IMG/VR virus record: IMGVR_UViG_3300027741_000024
Span: 1 to 64,000 of that record
Reading direction: 5' to 3' (one strand)
DNA from: a virus
Length of the DNA: 64,000 nucleotides
The notes under the pieces: model-generated
Database searches by the model: none
What the model was told of the DNA's origin: nothing
Seen by the model: the letters and a program-made list of their open reading frames with translations, nothing else
Shown: positions 29,790 to 40,089 of the stretch, piece after piece
How the letters are laid out: each line of letters starts with the position of its first letter
How positions within the stretch are numbered: position 1 is the first letter of the stretch
Made by a program: the position numbers and the translations under genes

Positions 29790-32700
29790 TGGCAAACACA
29801 GTAATACAACTTAAACATTCCACCGTAACTGGCAACGTACCTACATCGTTAGCAAACGGTGAACTTTCTATCAACAATCGTGATGGAAAGTTTTTCTATG
29901 CAACGCCTATTGGTACAATCATAACGCATTATCCTTATTCGGGTCCAGCAGGTCTTAACCAAGAAATACAATTTAATGACTCAGGTTCACTGGGATCAAA
30001 CTCTGGATTAACTTTTAATAAATCTAGTGCTGTTCTTACGGTAAATGGTGCGTCAGTTGTTGCGGGTGTTAATGTTGTACCACAAATACAGTTCAGTTAC
30101 AATCAAGCAAACTCCGCATTCATTCAAGCAAATGCTGCATTTGCTGCTGTTAATACTGCCATCACTGGTTCAGCAGTTGATACGTATGCTCGTAACACTG
30201 GAAATTCAGCATTCATACAGGCGAACTCTGCTTATCAAAGTCAAAATGCCACAGGACAGTATGCTAACTCCGCTTTTGCACAAGCAAATGCTGCTTATCA
30301 AAGTCAGAATGCCACAGGACAATATGCTAACTCCGCTTTTGCACAAGCAAATGCCTCATACCAATCACAGAATGCCACTGGTCAATATGCCAACTCAGCA
30401 TTTATACAAGCGAACTCTTCTTATCAAAGTCAGAATGCCACAGGACAGTATGCCAACTCTGCTTTTGCACAAGCAAATGCCTCATACCAATCACAGAATG
30501 CAACTGGTCAATATGCCAACTCAGCATTCATACAAGCAAATGCCTCATATCAATCACAGAATGCAACTGCTAACTATGCAAACTCAGCATTAATACAAGC
30601 AAACTCTGCGTTCATTTATGGTAATGCAACTGCTAACTATGCGAATGCCGCATTCCTTCGTGCTAACAATTCACTGAATGCAAACGTTGGTGGTCAAGTT
30701 ACTGGCGATGTAACCTTTGTTGGTAATATAACATCAAACACAATAACAACAACAGGTTCAAATGGTAGCATCTCTGGTGCTAATGCCATTTTTACCAACT
30801 ATATTTTTGCAGCAAATGGTAATGTAGATTTATACATCTATAGTTCTAATGCCTACGCAAATGCTAATGCTGCTTTTGCCAAATCAAATGCTGCTTTTGC
30901 TAATGCGAATGGTGCATATACTGCTGCAAACTTGGCATTTAATCAAGCCAACTCTGCGTTTATACAATCAAATTCGGCATACGCACAAGCGAATGCTGCT
31001 TATACTTCACAGAATGCCACTGGTCAATATGCCAACTCAGCATTTATACAAGCGAACTCTGCTTATCAAAGTCAGAATGCCACAGGCCAATACGCTAACT
31101 CTGCATTCTTCCAAGCAAACTCTGCGTTCACTTATGGTAATGCTACCGCTACGTATGCAAACTCCGCTTTCTATCAAGCAAACTCGGCATATGCACAAGC
31201 AAATACTGCAACCAATATCGGTCAAGCAGCATACAATAATTCTAATACAAAGTTTAACTCATCTGGTGGTACAGTTTCGGGCAGTGTTAATGTTACTGGT
31301 AGTTTGGTTATTAGCGGCAACTTAACAGTTCTTGGTAACGGTACAAGTATTAATTCTAGTACCATTACTACCAACAGTAATATGATTTTGTTGTCCACTG
31401 GACAATATAGTTCTGATGTTTTAGACATTGGTATTGCAGGACATTATAATGATGGTGTAAATACTCATACTGGTATATTCCGTGATGCTGCTGTCAAAGA
31501 ATGGTTTTTGTTCAAGAGGTATGATCCTGAGATTGAAGCAAATACCAATATTGATGTTTCAAATAGTACATTCCAACTTGATACACTGAATGCAAATCTG
31601 CGTTCAAACAATATTATACTGAATGGTTTTGATTTAAATTCATACATCAATTCAGTATACTATCAGGCAAACTCCAGTTTTATTCAAGCAAATATTGCAT
31701 TCTTTACTGGCAACTCCGCATTCATTCAAGCAAATGCTGCTTTTGCTGCTGCAAATGCTGGCGGTAGTGGCACAGATCAAACTGCTCGTAATATTGCCAA
31801 TGCTGCATTCTCTGCTGCCAATTCTGCTGGTGCTTATGCAAATGCTGCTTTTGCTGCGGCTAACTCTGCTGGTTCATTAACATTTGTTCAGCAGGTTGCT
31901 AACACTGCTAATGCTGCATTCATTCAAGCCAATGCTTCATTCTCGTATGGTAATGCTACTGCTACGTATGCGAACTCAGCATTAATACAAGCAAACGCAG
32001 CATTTTTACAAGCAAACACGCCAAGTTATACTGCTAACTCTGCGGCATCATACGCAAACTCGGCATTTGCTTCCGCAAACTCGGCTTCAATTTATGCTAA
32101 CGGTGCTTTTACTACTGCTAACGTTGCAAACAGTAATGCTATATCAGCAGGTAACTATGCAAATACTGCTTTTGCTGCTGCTAACTCTGCTGCAATTTAT
32201 GCTAACGGTGCATTCTTACAAGCCAATGCAGCATTCTTACAAGCAAACACACCAAGTTATACTGCTAACTCCGCTGCAATTTATGCTAACGGCGCCTTTA
32301 CTACTGCTAACGTTGCAAATAATAATTCTATATCAGCAGGTAATTACGCAAATGCCGCATTCTTACAAGCAAATGTTTCTGTTGGTGTAGATTTAACACA
32401 GAATAATAGTATCATTGCTGCATTCTTACAAGCAAACACACCATCATATGTTGCTAACTCTGCTGCAATTTATGCCAATGGTGCATTCTCTGCCGCTAAC
32501 GTTGCGAACAGTAATTCTGTATCAGCAGGCAATTATGCTAACTCTGGTTTTGCAGTTGCTAACTCTGCTTCAATTTATGCAAACGGTGCATTCTTACAAG
32601 CAAATACTCCAGATTATGTTGCAAACTCTGCTGCGATATATGCTAACTTAGCATTTTCTGCTGCAAACGTTGCTGATAGTAAAGCAGTAGCGTCAGGCTC

Positions 32701-33241
32701 TTATGCTAACTCAGCATTTTCTGCTGCAAACGTTGCTGATAGTAAAGCAGTAGCGTCAGGCTCTTATGCTAACTCAGCATTTTCTGCTGCAAACTCTGGA
32801 TTTATTCGAGCAAATGCAACGAGTGATGTAGCAAACTCTGCAGCAATCTATGCCAATGGTGCTTTTGCTGCTGCTAATGATATAACAAATGTATTATACA
32901 CTTACGATTTAGATGATGTATCTTATTTGACTGATGGTTTTACGAATGTATTTCCTTTGACATACAATACGGCAAACATTTCTGTGCCAAGCCCGTGGAA
33001 TTTGATGGTAACAATTTATGGCATAACTCAAGCAGCATATGCTAATAATTATGATACCGTTTGGCTGAGTTTAGTTCCAACAGCATCTAAAGGATATACC
33101 TTAGATGATAGTGGAAATATTAAATTTGCTGATTCAGTTCCTGCTGGTGCTGACGTAATGATTCGTTTAGTTCCAGGTATACCTAACGCAAATACTAAGA
33201 TATATCCTTTTAAACCCACTGATATTTTCATGGGTTACTAA
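29789..33241 (+). CDS. Long fibre protein with 21-aa Ala/Asn tandem repeats
   Basis: 1150 aa; MANTVIQLKHS N-terminus; ANSAF.QANA.YQSQNATGQY repeats; C-terminal LDD.S...DG....F.L...G.IKF...VP.G domain. Confidence 0.78.
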   Translation: MANTVIQLKHSTVTGNVPTSLANGELSINNRDGKFFYATPIGTIITHYPYSGPAGLNQEIQFNDSGSLGSNSGLTFNKSSAVLTVNGASVVAGVNVVPQIQFSYNQANSAFIQANAAFAAVNTAITGSAVDTYARNTGNSAFIQANSAYQSQNATGQYANSAFAQANAAYQSQNATGQYANSAFAQANASYQSQNATGQYANSAFIQANSSYQSQNATGQYANSAFAQANASYQSQNATGQYANSAFIQANASYQSQNATANYANSALIQANSAFIYGNATANYANAAFLRANNSLNANVGGQVTGDVTFVGNITSNTITTTGSNGSISGANAIFTNYIFAANGNVDLYIYSSNAYANANAAFAKSNAAFANANGAYTAANLAFNQANSAFIQSNSAYAQANAAYTSQNATGQYANSAFIQANSAYQSQNATGQYANSAFFQANSAFTYGNATATYANSAFYQANSAYAQANTATNIGQAAYNNSNTKFNSSGGTVSGSVNVTGSLVISGNLTVLGNGTSINSSTITTNSNMILLSTGQYSSDVLDIGIAGHYNDGVNTHTGIFRDAAVKEWFLFKRYDPEIEANTNIDVSNSTFQLDTLNANLRSNNIILNGFDLNSYINSVYYQANSSFIQANIAFFTGNSAFIQANAAFAAANAGGSGTDQTARNIANAAFSAANSAGAYANAAFAAANSAGSLTFVQQVANTANAAFIQANASFSYGNATATYANSALIQANAAFLQANTPSYTANSAASYANSAFASANSASIYANGAFTTANVANSNAISAGNYANTAFAAANSAAIYANGAFLQANAAFLQANTPSYTANSAAIYANGAFTTANVANNNSISAGNYANAAFLQANVSVGVDLTQNNSIIAAFLQANTPSYVANSAAIYANGAFSAANVANSNSVSAGNYANSGFAVANSASIYANGAFLQANTPDYVANSAAIYANLAFSAANVADSKAVASGSYANSAFSAANVADSKAVASGSYANSAFSAANSGFIRANATSDVANSAAIYANGAFAAANDITNVLYTYDLDDVSYLTDGFTNVFPLTYNTANISVPSPWNLMVTIYGITQAAYANNYDTVWLSLVPTASKGYTLDDSGNIKFADSVPAGADVMIRLVPGIPNANTKIYPFKPTDIFMGY
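30201..30660 (+). repeat. 63-bp (21-aa) tandem repeat array, about 6-7 imperfect copies; further copies near 30940-31200
   Basis: Unit ANSAF(A/I)QAN(A/S)(A/S)YQSQNATGQY repeats at 63-bp period. Confidence 0.92.
32650..32794 (+). repeat. Perfect 63-bp tandem duplication (2.3 copies)
   Basis: agcattttctgctgcaaacgttgctgatagtaaagcagtagcgtcaggctcttatgctaactc is identical at 32650 and 32713, and partial at 32776. Confidence 0.95.
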
Positions 33242-33244
33242 ATA
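33237..33244 (+). promoter_or_regulatory. Putative late promoter
   Basis: ACTAAATA overlapping the upstream stop, before 33291. Confidence 0.5.
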
Positions 33245-33290
33245 GTAGAGATTTTAAAAATTAACACTTTTTCAATATATTGGAGTTAAA

Positions 33291-36200
33291 ATGGCCAGAA
33301 AAGCAATATTAGACACCTATTATACGTTTACTCCGTCTAGTAGGACTATCGTCTTTAATCAAGCAATTCAACGTGAACGTTTCGTTCTTATTACGAACGT
33401 TACCTCAAATAGAGTTATTTACAATTTCTCAGATCCAAATCTGACATTTACTTCACACTCAATCTCAACAGATCCGACTAGTGGTCTAACGACAACTACG
33501 GTAGTATTGGCTTATAATACAACTACAATGACCAATACGAATAAATTGCAAGTTGTGATTGATGAATATGAAGAGAAGTTTAGTCCATCAGAAACGTATA
33601 CTGACCCAGTAAATAAATTTCGTGTCTCAATGCCGCAAGCATTGATCGATACAGACTTTGAATATGGTACTCAATCAACAAAATGGGAAACTATAGGTCT
33701 GTTGAACAACAAATCATATGCATATGCTAACTTAAATTCTACTACTTCTGGTCCATTGGTTGTAACTGACATTACTGCTGTTGTAAATTCGCCTACTATT
33801 ATTGTGGCTACCACTACACCTCCAGCAGTTAATACTCCGGTTATTATTACTGATACAAACTGGCCACCTGCTGAAGGTACATTTATGGTTGAGTCTGTGG
33901 TTACAGGTACAAGTTTTCGTTACTCTACTAAGCAACGTTATGCCAGTGTAACTAATACTAATCAATCAATTTTTATTCCAAATGCGACTCAAGTTGCCAA
34001 TGGTTCAATTTTTAATCGTGCAAATACACCAATTGCAAACGTCAATACACCAGGTGGTCTTGCAAATTGCTATATAACGACAGTTCAACCACATGGTTTA
34101 ACAATTGGTAATCAAGTTGTTCTTCAAGGGTTAGCAGCGGGTACATCTGGTGCACCTAACGGAACATTCACTATTACTCAAGTTGTTTCAAATACAGTTT
34201 TCCGTATTGATGCTAATAGTGCTCCAGTTGGTGGCGTAACTGCTTCTGGTCTTTCAGCAATGTATCCAATATCACGTGGTACAGTTTCACATCGTGCATA
34301 TGATGGTGGTGTTGAATTTGGCACATCAGCAGATTCACATAATAATCAACTGATTCGCCAAACACGCCGTTATTTCCGTTATCAATCTGGTAAAGGTGTT
34401 CAAGTATCAACAGGCACTTTGTTGAAACCTTCTATGCGTGTTGATAGTTTGACTAGTTCAGGTACTTTAGTTACAGTTAAAACTAAAGACGCTCATTTTA
34501 TTAGTCCAAACGTTGCTATGGTAATTACTGGTGCTAATGAAACTGGTTACAACGGTTCATATTCAGTAAATCAAGTGATTGATCCATTTACGTTTACATA
34601 CGTTTCAAGTACGACTCCCTCAAGTGCAACAGCAACTGGTACATATCGTGTGTCTGCAAATACTTGGTATGGTGCTTTAAATCGTATGGGTTTGTTTGAT
34701 GATCAAAATGGTATGTTCTTTGAATTTGATGGACAAACTTTATCTGCTGTTCGCCGTAATAGTGTTTTTCAATTAGCAGGTTTTGTTTCTGCAAATACTG
34801 GCAATAGTACAATTACTGGTGTAACAGTAAACGGCACCACAACAAACTTCTCAGGTCAATTAAATCCTGGAGATTATGTTGTTATTAAAGGTATGTCATA
34901 TCGTGTGGAAAATATTCGTTCTAATCAGGTTATGGAGGTTCAACCGAACTATCGTGGCGAAGCAAATACTTTACAAGCAGTTATCAGTAAAACAGTTGAG
35001 ACCCGTGTTCCACAATCTCAATGGAATATTGATCGTTGTGATGGTACAGGTCCTTCTGGATTTAATATAGATTTAACCAAAATGCAGATGTTTTATATGG
35101 ACTATTCTTGGTACGGTGCTGGTTTTGTCCGTTGGGGATTCCGTGGACCAGACGGTAACGTTATCTATTGCCACAAGATGATCAATAACAATGTAAACTA
35201 TGAAGCACATATGCGTTCAGGTAACTTACCTGGACGTTATGAGACAAATACATTCTCTAAGAAAACTAAACTGAATGCTACACTAAATCCAGCAGATGTT
35301 ACATTAAACGTTGCAGATGCATCAGCATTCCCAACAACTGGTACGGTTTGGGTGAATGGTCAAGGTCGGTCTGAGTACATTAACTATGATGGTATTACAG
35401 GTAATGCTACAAATGGTTATCTATTAAATGTAGCGCTTCGTGGTCAACCAGGTAATACAATTAACTGTATTATGAACACATCAAATGCAACATTGAATTT
35501 GGTTGCTGGACAAACAACTGTTGGTATTCAACCTGGTATGTACGTAGTGAATGCGAACGTTCCACAGGCTGCTGTAATTACAAACATCAATCCAGGTGTT
35601 TCAATTACACTGTCTCAAGCACCAACATATTCTGGCACAGGTACAGTAAATTTTATTCCTATGGGTAATGTAGCGCAGACATTTACATATTCTGCAACTG
35701 CACCTGTAGCAATTGATTTACATGCGCCTGGTTACGCACCACGTATTTCTCATTGGGGCACTTCGGTGATTATGGATGGTCGTTACGATGATGATAAATC
35801 TTTAGTGTTCACAACAGGTATGACAACTTCTGCGAACGTTGCTGCTGGTCAAACACTTGCATTGCAAAGTTTCCGTATCGCACCATCAGTAAGTAACGGT
35901 ATTTCTGGTGCATCTTTAGGTGTACGTGAAATTAAAAATACTATGCAAATGGTTTTGCGTACATTAGATATGTTATCTTCTGGTACATTCTTAGTACAAA
36001 TTGTTTTGAATGGCGCATCATCAAATGCAACACCTACTTGGACTTCTGTTGGTGGTTCAAGTCTTGTTCAATATATTAACCATACTGTATCGACTGCCGG
36101 TGCGGCTGCCGGTACAAGCGTGGCAGGAGGCGAAGTTATTTTTGCTGGCTTTACTAATGCTTCTGGTGGTACAAACTTCTCAACAACCACGTATGACTTA

Positions 36201-36368
36201 CCTTTGGTTCGTGACCTTGGTAATAGTATTCTTGGTGGTGGTACTTCTGCACCAAATCTGAGTTTCTATCCAGATGGTCCTGATATTGTAACAATTACTG
36301 CTCGTAACATTGGTACAGCGTCAGCGAATATCTTTACACGTTTATCTTGGACAGAAGCACAAGCATAA
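33291..36368 (+). CDS. Large virion structural protein
   Basis: 1025 aa; YTF.P, D.V.K.RVS.PQALIDTDFEYG.Q.TKWE, RQTRRYFRYQSGKG, MQM.YMDYSWYGAG..RWG.RG, HWGTSVIMDG..DDD motifs; in the late module upstream of the neck genes. Confidence 0.75.
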   Translation: MARKAILDTYYTFTPSSRTIVFNQAIQRERFVLITNVTSNRVIYNFSDPNLTFTSHSISTDPTSGLTTTTVVLAYNTTTMTNTNKLQVVIDEYEEKFSPSETYTDPVNKFRVSMPQALIDTDFEYGTQSTKWETIGLLNNKSYAYANLNSTTSGPLVVTDITAVVNSPTIIVATTTPPAVNTPVIITDTNWPPAEGTFMVESVVTGTSFRYSTKQRYASVTNTNQSIFIPNATQVANGSIFNRANTPIANVNTPGGLANCYITTVQPHGLTIGNQVVLQGLAAGTSGAPNGTFTITQVVSNTVFRIDANSAPVGGVTASGLSAMYPISRGTVSHRAYDGGVEFGTSADSHNNQLIRQTRRYFRYQSGKGVQVSTGTLLKPSMRVDSLTSSGTLVTVKTKDAHFISPNVAMVITGANETGYNGSYSVNQVIDPFTFTYVSSTTPSSATATGTYRVSANTWYGALNRMGLFDDQNGMFFEFDGQTLSAVRRNSVFQLAGFVSANTGNSTITGVTVNGTTTNFSGQLNPGDYVVIKGMSYRVENIRSNQVMEVQPNYRGEANTLQAVISKTVETRVPQSQWNIDRCDGTGPSGFNIDLTKMQMFYMDYSWYGAGFVRWGFRGPDGNVIYCHKMINNNVNYEAHMRSGNLPGRYETNTFSKKTKLNATLNPADVTLNVADASAFPTTGTVWVNGQGRSEYINYDGITGNATNGYLLNVALRGQPGNTINCIMNTSNATLNLVAGQTTVGIQPGMYVVNANVPQAAVITNINPGVSITLSQAPTYSGTGTVNFIPMGNVAQTFTYSATAPVAIDLHAPGYAPRISHWGTSVIMDGRYDDDKSLVFTTGMTTSANVAAGQTLALQSFRIAPSVSNGISGASLGVREIKNTMQMVLRTLDMLSSGTFLVQIVLNGASSNATPTWTSVGGSSLVQYINHTVSTAGAAAGTSVAGGEVIFAGFTNASGGTNFSTTTYDLPLVRDLGNSILGGGTSAPNLSFYPDGPDIVTITARNIGTASANIFTRLSWTEAQA

Positions 36369-37238
36369 ATGCAAACAGTCGTTACTTTACCGATACTGCA
36401 AACCGTTAGTGATACTACAACTCACTATCTCGGTTTGCAGCCGAACATTAGTGGAACTACAACGGCAGAATTCGTTAATCGGAATCTGTCGTTCGATCCT
36501 TCTTCTAATACATTGACGCTTGGTGTAAATCTTGATTTATTACCTAATGCTATTCAAAGTTCGGCATTAGCAGATCAGGCAGTCACAACATCAAAGATTG
36601 TTGCTGGTGCAATCAAAGGCAATTTAATTCCCATTGGTGCTATCACAGGCAATTTAATTCCAATTGGTGCTATTCGTGGTAATAATATTGTTGCTGCTCA
36701 AATTACAAGCAATCATATTGTTGCTGGTGCAATCACAGGTAACTTAATTCCTGCTGGTGCTGTAACTACAAATCATATTGTTGCTGGTGCCGTCACATCA
36801 AACTTGTTGTCTCCTAATCTTGCATTTTCAATTACTACATTGTTTGAAACTGCAAATGTATTTTCTACAGCAATTGGTGGCACTACAAATATTGATATTT
36901 TAAATAATACAGTATACTTTTTCTCATCAAATACTACTGCAAATGTAACTTTTAATGTTAGAGGAAACTCTTCTACTAGTTTAGACAGTGCCTTAAATAC
37001 TGGAAGTTCTATATCTTTGGCCATATTATTGAAACAAGGTTTAAATAATTATAAAGCAAATCTTAATATTGACGGCACATTAATTAGTCCTTATTGGATA
37101 GGTAACACTTATCCAGTTTATTCGGTTGGTTTTCAAGAGTCTATTGATACATATACTTTTAATATAATAAAAACGGGAAGTAGTTCATACACTGTTTTGG
37201 CAGCAAATTCCAAATTTAGTGCATCATACATGTATTAA
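36369..37238 (+). CDS. Putative fibre/collar protein with 10-aa GA(I/V)TxN(L/H)I repeats
   Basis: 289 aa; about 8 decamer repeats followed by a beta-rich C-terminal domain (W....P...S.D.Y.F.IIKT). Confidence 0.65.
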   Translation: MQTVVTLPILQTVSDTTTHYLGLQPNISGTTTAEFVNRNLSFDPSSNTLTLGVNLDLLPNAIQSSALADQAVTTSKIVAGAIKGNLIPIGAITGNLIPIGAIRGNNIVAAQITSNHIVAGAITGNLIPAGAVTTNHIVAGAVTSNLLSPNLAFSITTLFETANVFSTAIGGTTNIDILNNTVYFFSSNTTANVTFNVRGNSSTSLDSALNTGSSISLAILLKQGLNNYKANLNIDGTLISPYWIGNTYPVYSVGFQESIDTYTFNIIKTGSSSYTVLAANSKFSASYMY

Positions 37239-37240
37239 TT

Positions 37241-38194
37241 ATGGCACACCCAAAAACAAGAACACAATTTAAAGAATACTGCCTACGTAAATTAGGTTTT
37301 CCAGTAATTGAAATCAACGTTGATGATGATCAAGTAGATGATCGAATTGATGAAGCACTTTCTTTCTGGGGTGATTATCATTATGATGGTACTGAAAAAT
37401 TGTTTATGAAACACTGCATCACTGCTGCGGATATTAATAGGCAGTGGATATATTGTCCTGATGCTGTGCAATTTGTTACTGGTGTTATGCCATTTGATTT
37501 ATCTAACGCATCAATCAATATGTTTGATTTGCGCTATCAGTTACGTCTGCATGATCTCTATGATTTCACATCGGTGTCGTATGTATCATATGAAATTACC
37601 ATGCAACATTTACGTACATTGAATTTGTTGTTCTCTGGTACTCCACAGTTTCGGTTTAATAGACACCAAAATAAAGTATTCTTAGACATTGATTGGACAA
37701 GAGATGTTCAACCAGGTAACTATGTTATCATTGAATGCTATCGTACATTAGAACCAGAAACAATTACACTGACAGGTACTTTATCATGTGCTCCAGGTTC
37801 TAATACCGTTACTGGTATAGGTACCAAGTTTGATCAAGAACTTGTTGATTTTGATTTTATTACGATTGGCACTGAACAGAAACAAGTAAAAAAAATTTCA
37901 AGTCCTACCTCTTTAGAATTTGTTGGTAATACAGCACAAACTTATACGAATATAACCGCAACAATTGAAGGTGTTGCCGATGTATGGAACGATAGGTTTT
38001 TAAAAAAATATGCAACTGCATTGATCAAACGTCAGTGGGGTGCTAACCTCAAAAAGTTTGCTGGTATACAAATGCCAGGTGGTGTTACATTAAACGGTCA
38101 AGTAATTTACGATGAAGCAGTACAAGAGATTGACAAAATGGAAGACGAAATGTATCAAATGGGTTCGTTGCCATCAGAAATTCTGACGGGATAA
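37241..38194 (+). CDS. gp13: Neck protein gp13
   Basis: P.TR..FKEYCLRKLG.PVIEINVDDDQVDDRIDEAL...YHYDG and K.Y.TALIKRQWG.NL.KF.G..MPGGVTLNG. Confidence 0.93.
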   Translation: MAHPKTRTQFKEYCLRKLGFPVIEINVDDDQVDDRIDEALSFWGDYHYDGTEKLFMKHCITAADINRQWIYCPDAVQFVTGVMPFDLSNASINMFDLRYQLRLHDLYDFTSVSYVSYEITMQHLRTLNLLFSGTPQFRFNRHQNKVFLDIDWTRDVQPGNYVIIECYRTLEPETITLTGTLSCAPGSNTVTGIGTKFDQELVDFDFITIGTEQKQVKKISSPTSLEFVGNTAQTYTNITATIEGVADVWNDRFLKKYATALIKRQWGANLKKFAGIQMPGGVTLNGQVIYDEAVQEIDKMEDEMYQMGSLPSEILTG

Positions 38195-38197
38195 AAT

Positions 38198-39088
38198 GTG
38201 GCAACTAATTTTTACTTCAATAATTATCCTGCAAATCAGATAACTTCCGAGCAACTGCTCGTTGAAGATTTAGTTATTGAAGCACTGAAAATCTACGGCA
38301 TGGATGTGTATTACATGCCACGTACCACACGTGATCAAGTAGATTACCTATTCGGTGAAGATACTCTTAAACAATATCTAACTGCTCATCCGATTGAAAT
38401 GTACCTAGAAAATGTTACAGGTATGGATGGTGAGCAAGATTTTATTTCCAAATTTGGTCTTGAGATTCGTGATGAAGCAACATTCTTGGTATCACGCCTT
38501 CGATTCCGATACACAGTAAATGGATATACTCGTCCACGTGAAGGTGATTTGGTATTCATTCCAATGCTAAACAACTTCTTCGAGATTACTTTTGTTGAAC
38601 ATGAAGATCAACAGACTATGTTCTATACATTAGGTCGTGGTCGTGGTGGTAATGTATATGTTTATGCATTGAAGATGAAACAATACGTATTCTCAAATGA
38701 GATTATTGAAACTGGCATCAAGATGATTGATGAACAAATTGTCGATTACTATCCAAAAACAAGACTGTATTTTGCGGCTGGTGGTTCAGGCAATTTTATT
38801 AATCAAGAAATAGTATATCAAGGTGCCAATTTAACATCGGCAACTGCACAAGCACTTGTCCATGCTCATGTTGATAATCAATTTGTAGAAGTATATCGTG
38901 TTCAAGGTAATTTTACAACAAATACTTTATATGGTAATACAAGTGGTGCAAACTGGACTATCAATGTAATTTCTGATGCGGCTACGATGAACAATGCATT
39001 TGAAGATATTTTCGACAACGCTCGTATTGAAGCAAGTTCAGATGGCATAATTGACTTCACTGAACATAACCCATTTGGCGAAGCATAA
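38198..39088 (+). CDS. gp14: Neck protein gp14
   Basis: EQ.LVEDL..E.LKIYG.DVYYMPR, SKFGLEIRDE.TF.VS, RPREGDL, DF.E.NPFGE. Confidence 0.93.
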   Translation: MATNFYFNNYPANQITSEQLLVEDLVIEALKIYGMDVYYMPRTTRDQVDYLFGEDTLKQYLTAHPIEMYLENVTGMDGEQDFISKFGLEIRDEATFLVSRLRFRYTVNGYTRPREGDLVFIPMLNNFFEITFVEHEDQQTMFYTLGRGRGGNVYVYALKMKQYVFSNEIIETGIKMIDEQIVDYYPKTRLYFAAGGSGNFINQEIVYQGANLTSATAQALVHAHVDNQFVEVYRVQGNFTTNTLYGNTSGANWTINVISDAATMNNAFEDIFDNARIEASSDGIIDFTEHNPFGEA

Positions 39089-40089
39089 TGTTAGGTAATT
39101 CTCAGTTCTATCATCGAACCATTCGTAAAATGGTGGTTGTATTTGGTACACTCTTTAATGATTTAGAGATTGTACGATACACACAAGCGGGAGTACCAAA
39201 AGAAAAATGGAAAGTACCGCTAACATATTCACCAAAAGAACGTTTTCTAACGGCGATTACATCTGATCCTAATCTGATCAAGTCTATTGCTACTGTTGTT
39301 CCACGTATGTCATTTAATCTTGACAGTTTGGAATATGATGTTAATCGCAAACAAGTTTCAACACTTCGTAACTTTGCTAAAAAAGATAACACTTCTGTAA
39401 GCACACAGTTTGTTCCTATACCATATAACTTTCAGTTTTCGTTATCGATCTATGTACGTAATACTGAAGATGGTACACAGATATTAGAACAGATTCTACC
39501 TTTCTTTACACCAGACTTCAATGTCACTGTAGACTTTATTCCAGAAATGGATCAAAAATATAATGTACCTATTATACTTGATTCAGTAGCATCAACTGTG
39601 GAATATGAGGGTGCAGAAAATGAAGGTTCTACACGATTGATTCTTTGGGATTTAACTTTTACTGCTAAAGGTTACATATGGCCACCAGTTAAATCTAGTA
39701 AGTACATCAAGACTGCTAATACAAATTCGTTTATTGATCTGACATCTAAAGAAATACAAAAAGTTTATGTTGATTATGCAAATGGTAGTGGTGTATTTGC
39801 TCAAGGTGAAACACTTCGTGCAAACAACTCAGATTTGTTTGGCTCAGTAGATTATTTTAGTAATACATCTTCAGGTATATTAATAGTAACTGGCGCCAAT
39901 AAATTTATCAAAGTCGGTGATAAACTTACAGGTGATTATACGGGTGCATCATATAATGTGATTGTAACTGACGTTAATTCATTAAATGTTGTACAGATAA
40001 AAACTTCAACTAATCCAGGAACTGCTTTACTTGGAGATGAATTTGGATTCTTTGAAACTACAAAAGAATATCCTAATACTTTACCATGA
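39088..40089 (+). CDS. gp15: Tail sheath stabiliser/terminator gp15
   Basis: FYH.TIRK.VV.FGTLFN, VPL.Y.PKE.FL, PRMSF, QILEQILP.F.P, L.FTAK.Y..PP. Confidence 0.93.
   Translation: MLGNSQFYHRTIRKMVVVFGTLFNDLEIVRYTQAGVPKEKWKVPLTYSPKERFLTAITSDPNLIKSIATVVPRMSFNLDSLEYDVNRKQVSTLRNFAKKDNTSVSTQFVPIPYNFQFSLSIYVRNTEDGTQILEQILPFFTPDFNVTVDFIPEMDQKYNVPIILDSVASTVEYEGAENEGSTRLILWDLTFTAKGYIWPPVKSSKYIKTANTNSFIDLTSKEIQKVYVDYANGSGVFAQGETLRANNSDLFGSVDYFSNTSSGILIVTGANKFIKVGDKLTGDYTGASYNVIVTDVNSLNVVQIKTSTNPGTALLGDEFGFFETTKEYPNTLP

Noticed and set aside
30201-30660. Regularly spaced repeats as a possible CRISPR array
   Set aside because: Units are contiguous, in frame, vary mostly at synonymous positions and have no unique spacers; no cas genes.
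30045-32651. Several alternate-frame + strand ORFs (182, 158, 107, 78 aa)
   Set aside because: Frame shadows of the 63-bp repeat array inside the 1150-aa gene.
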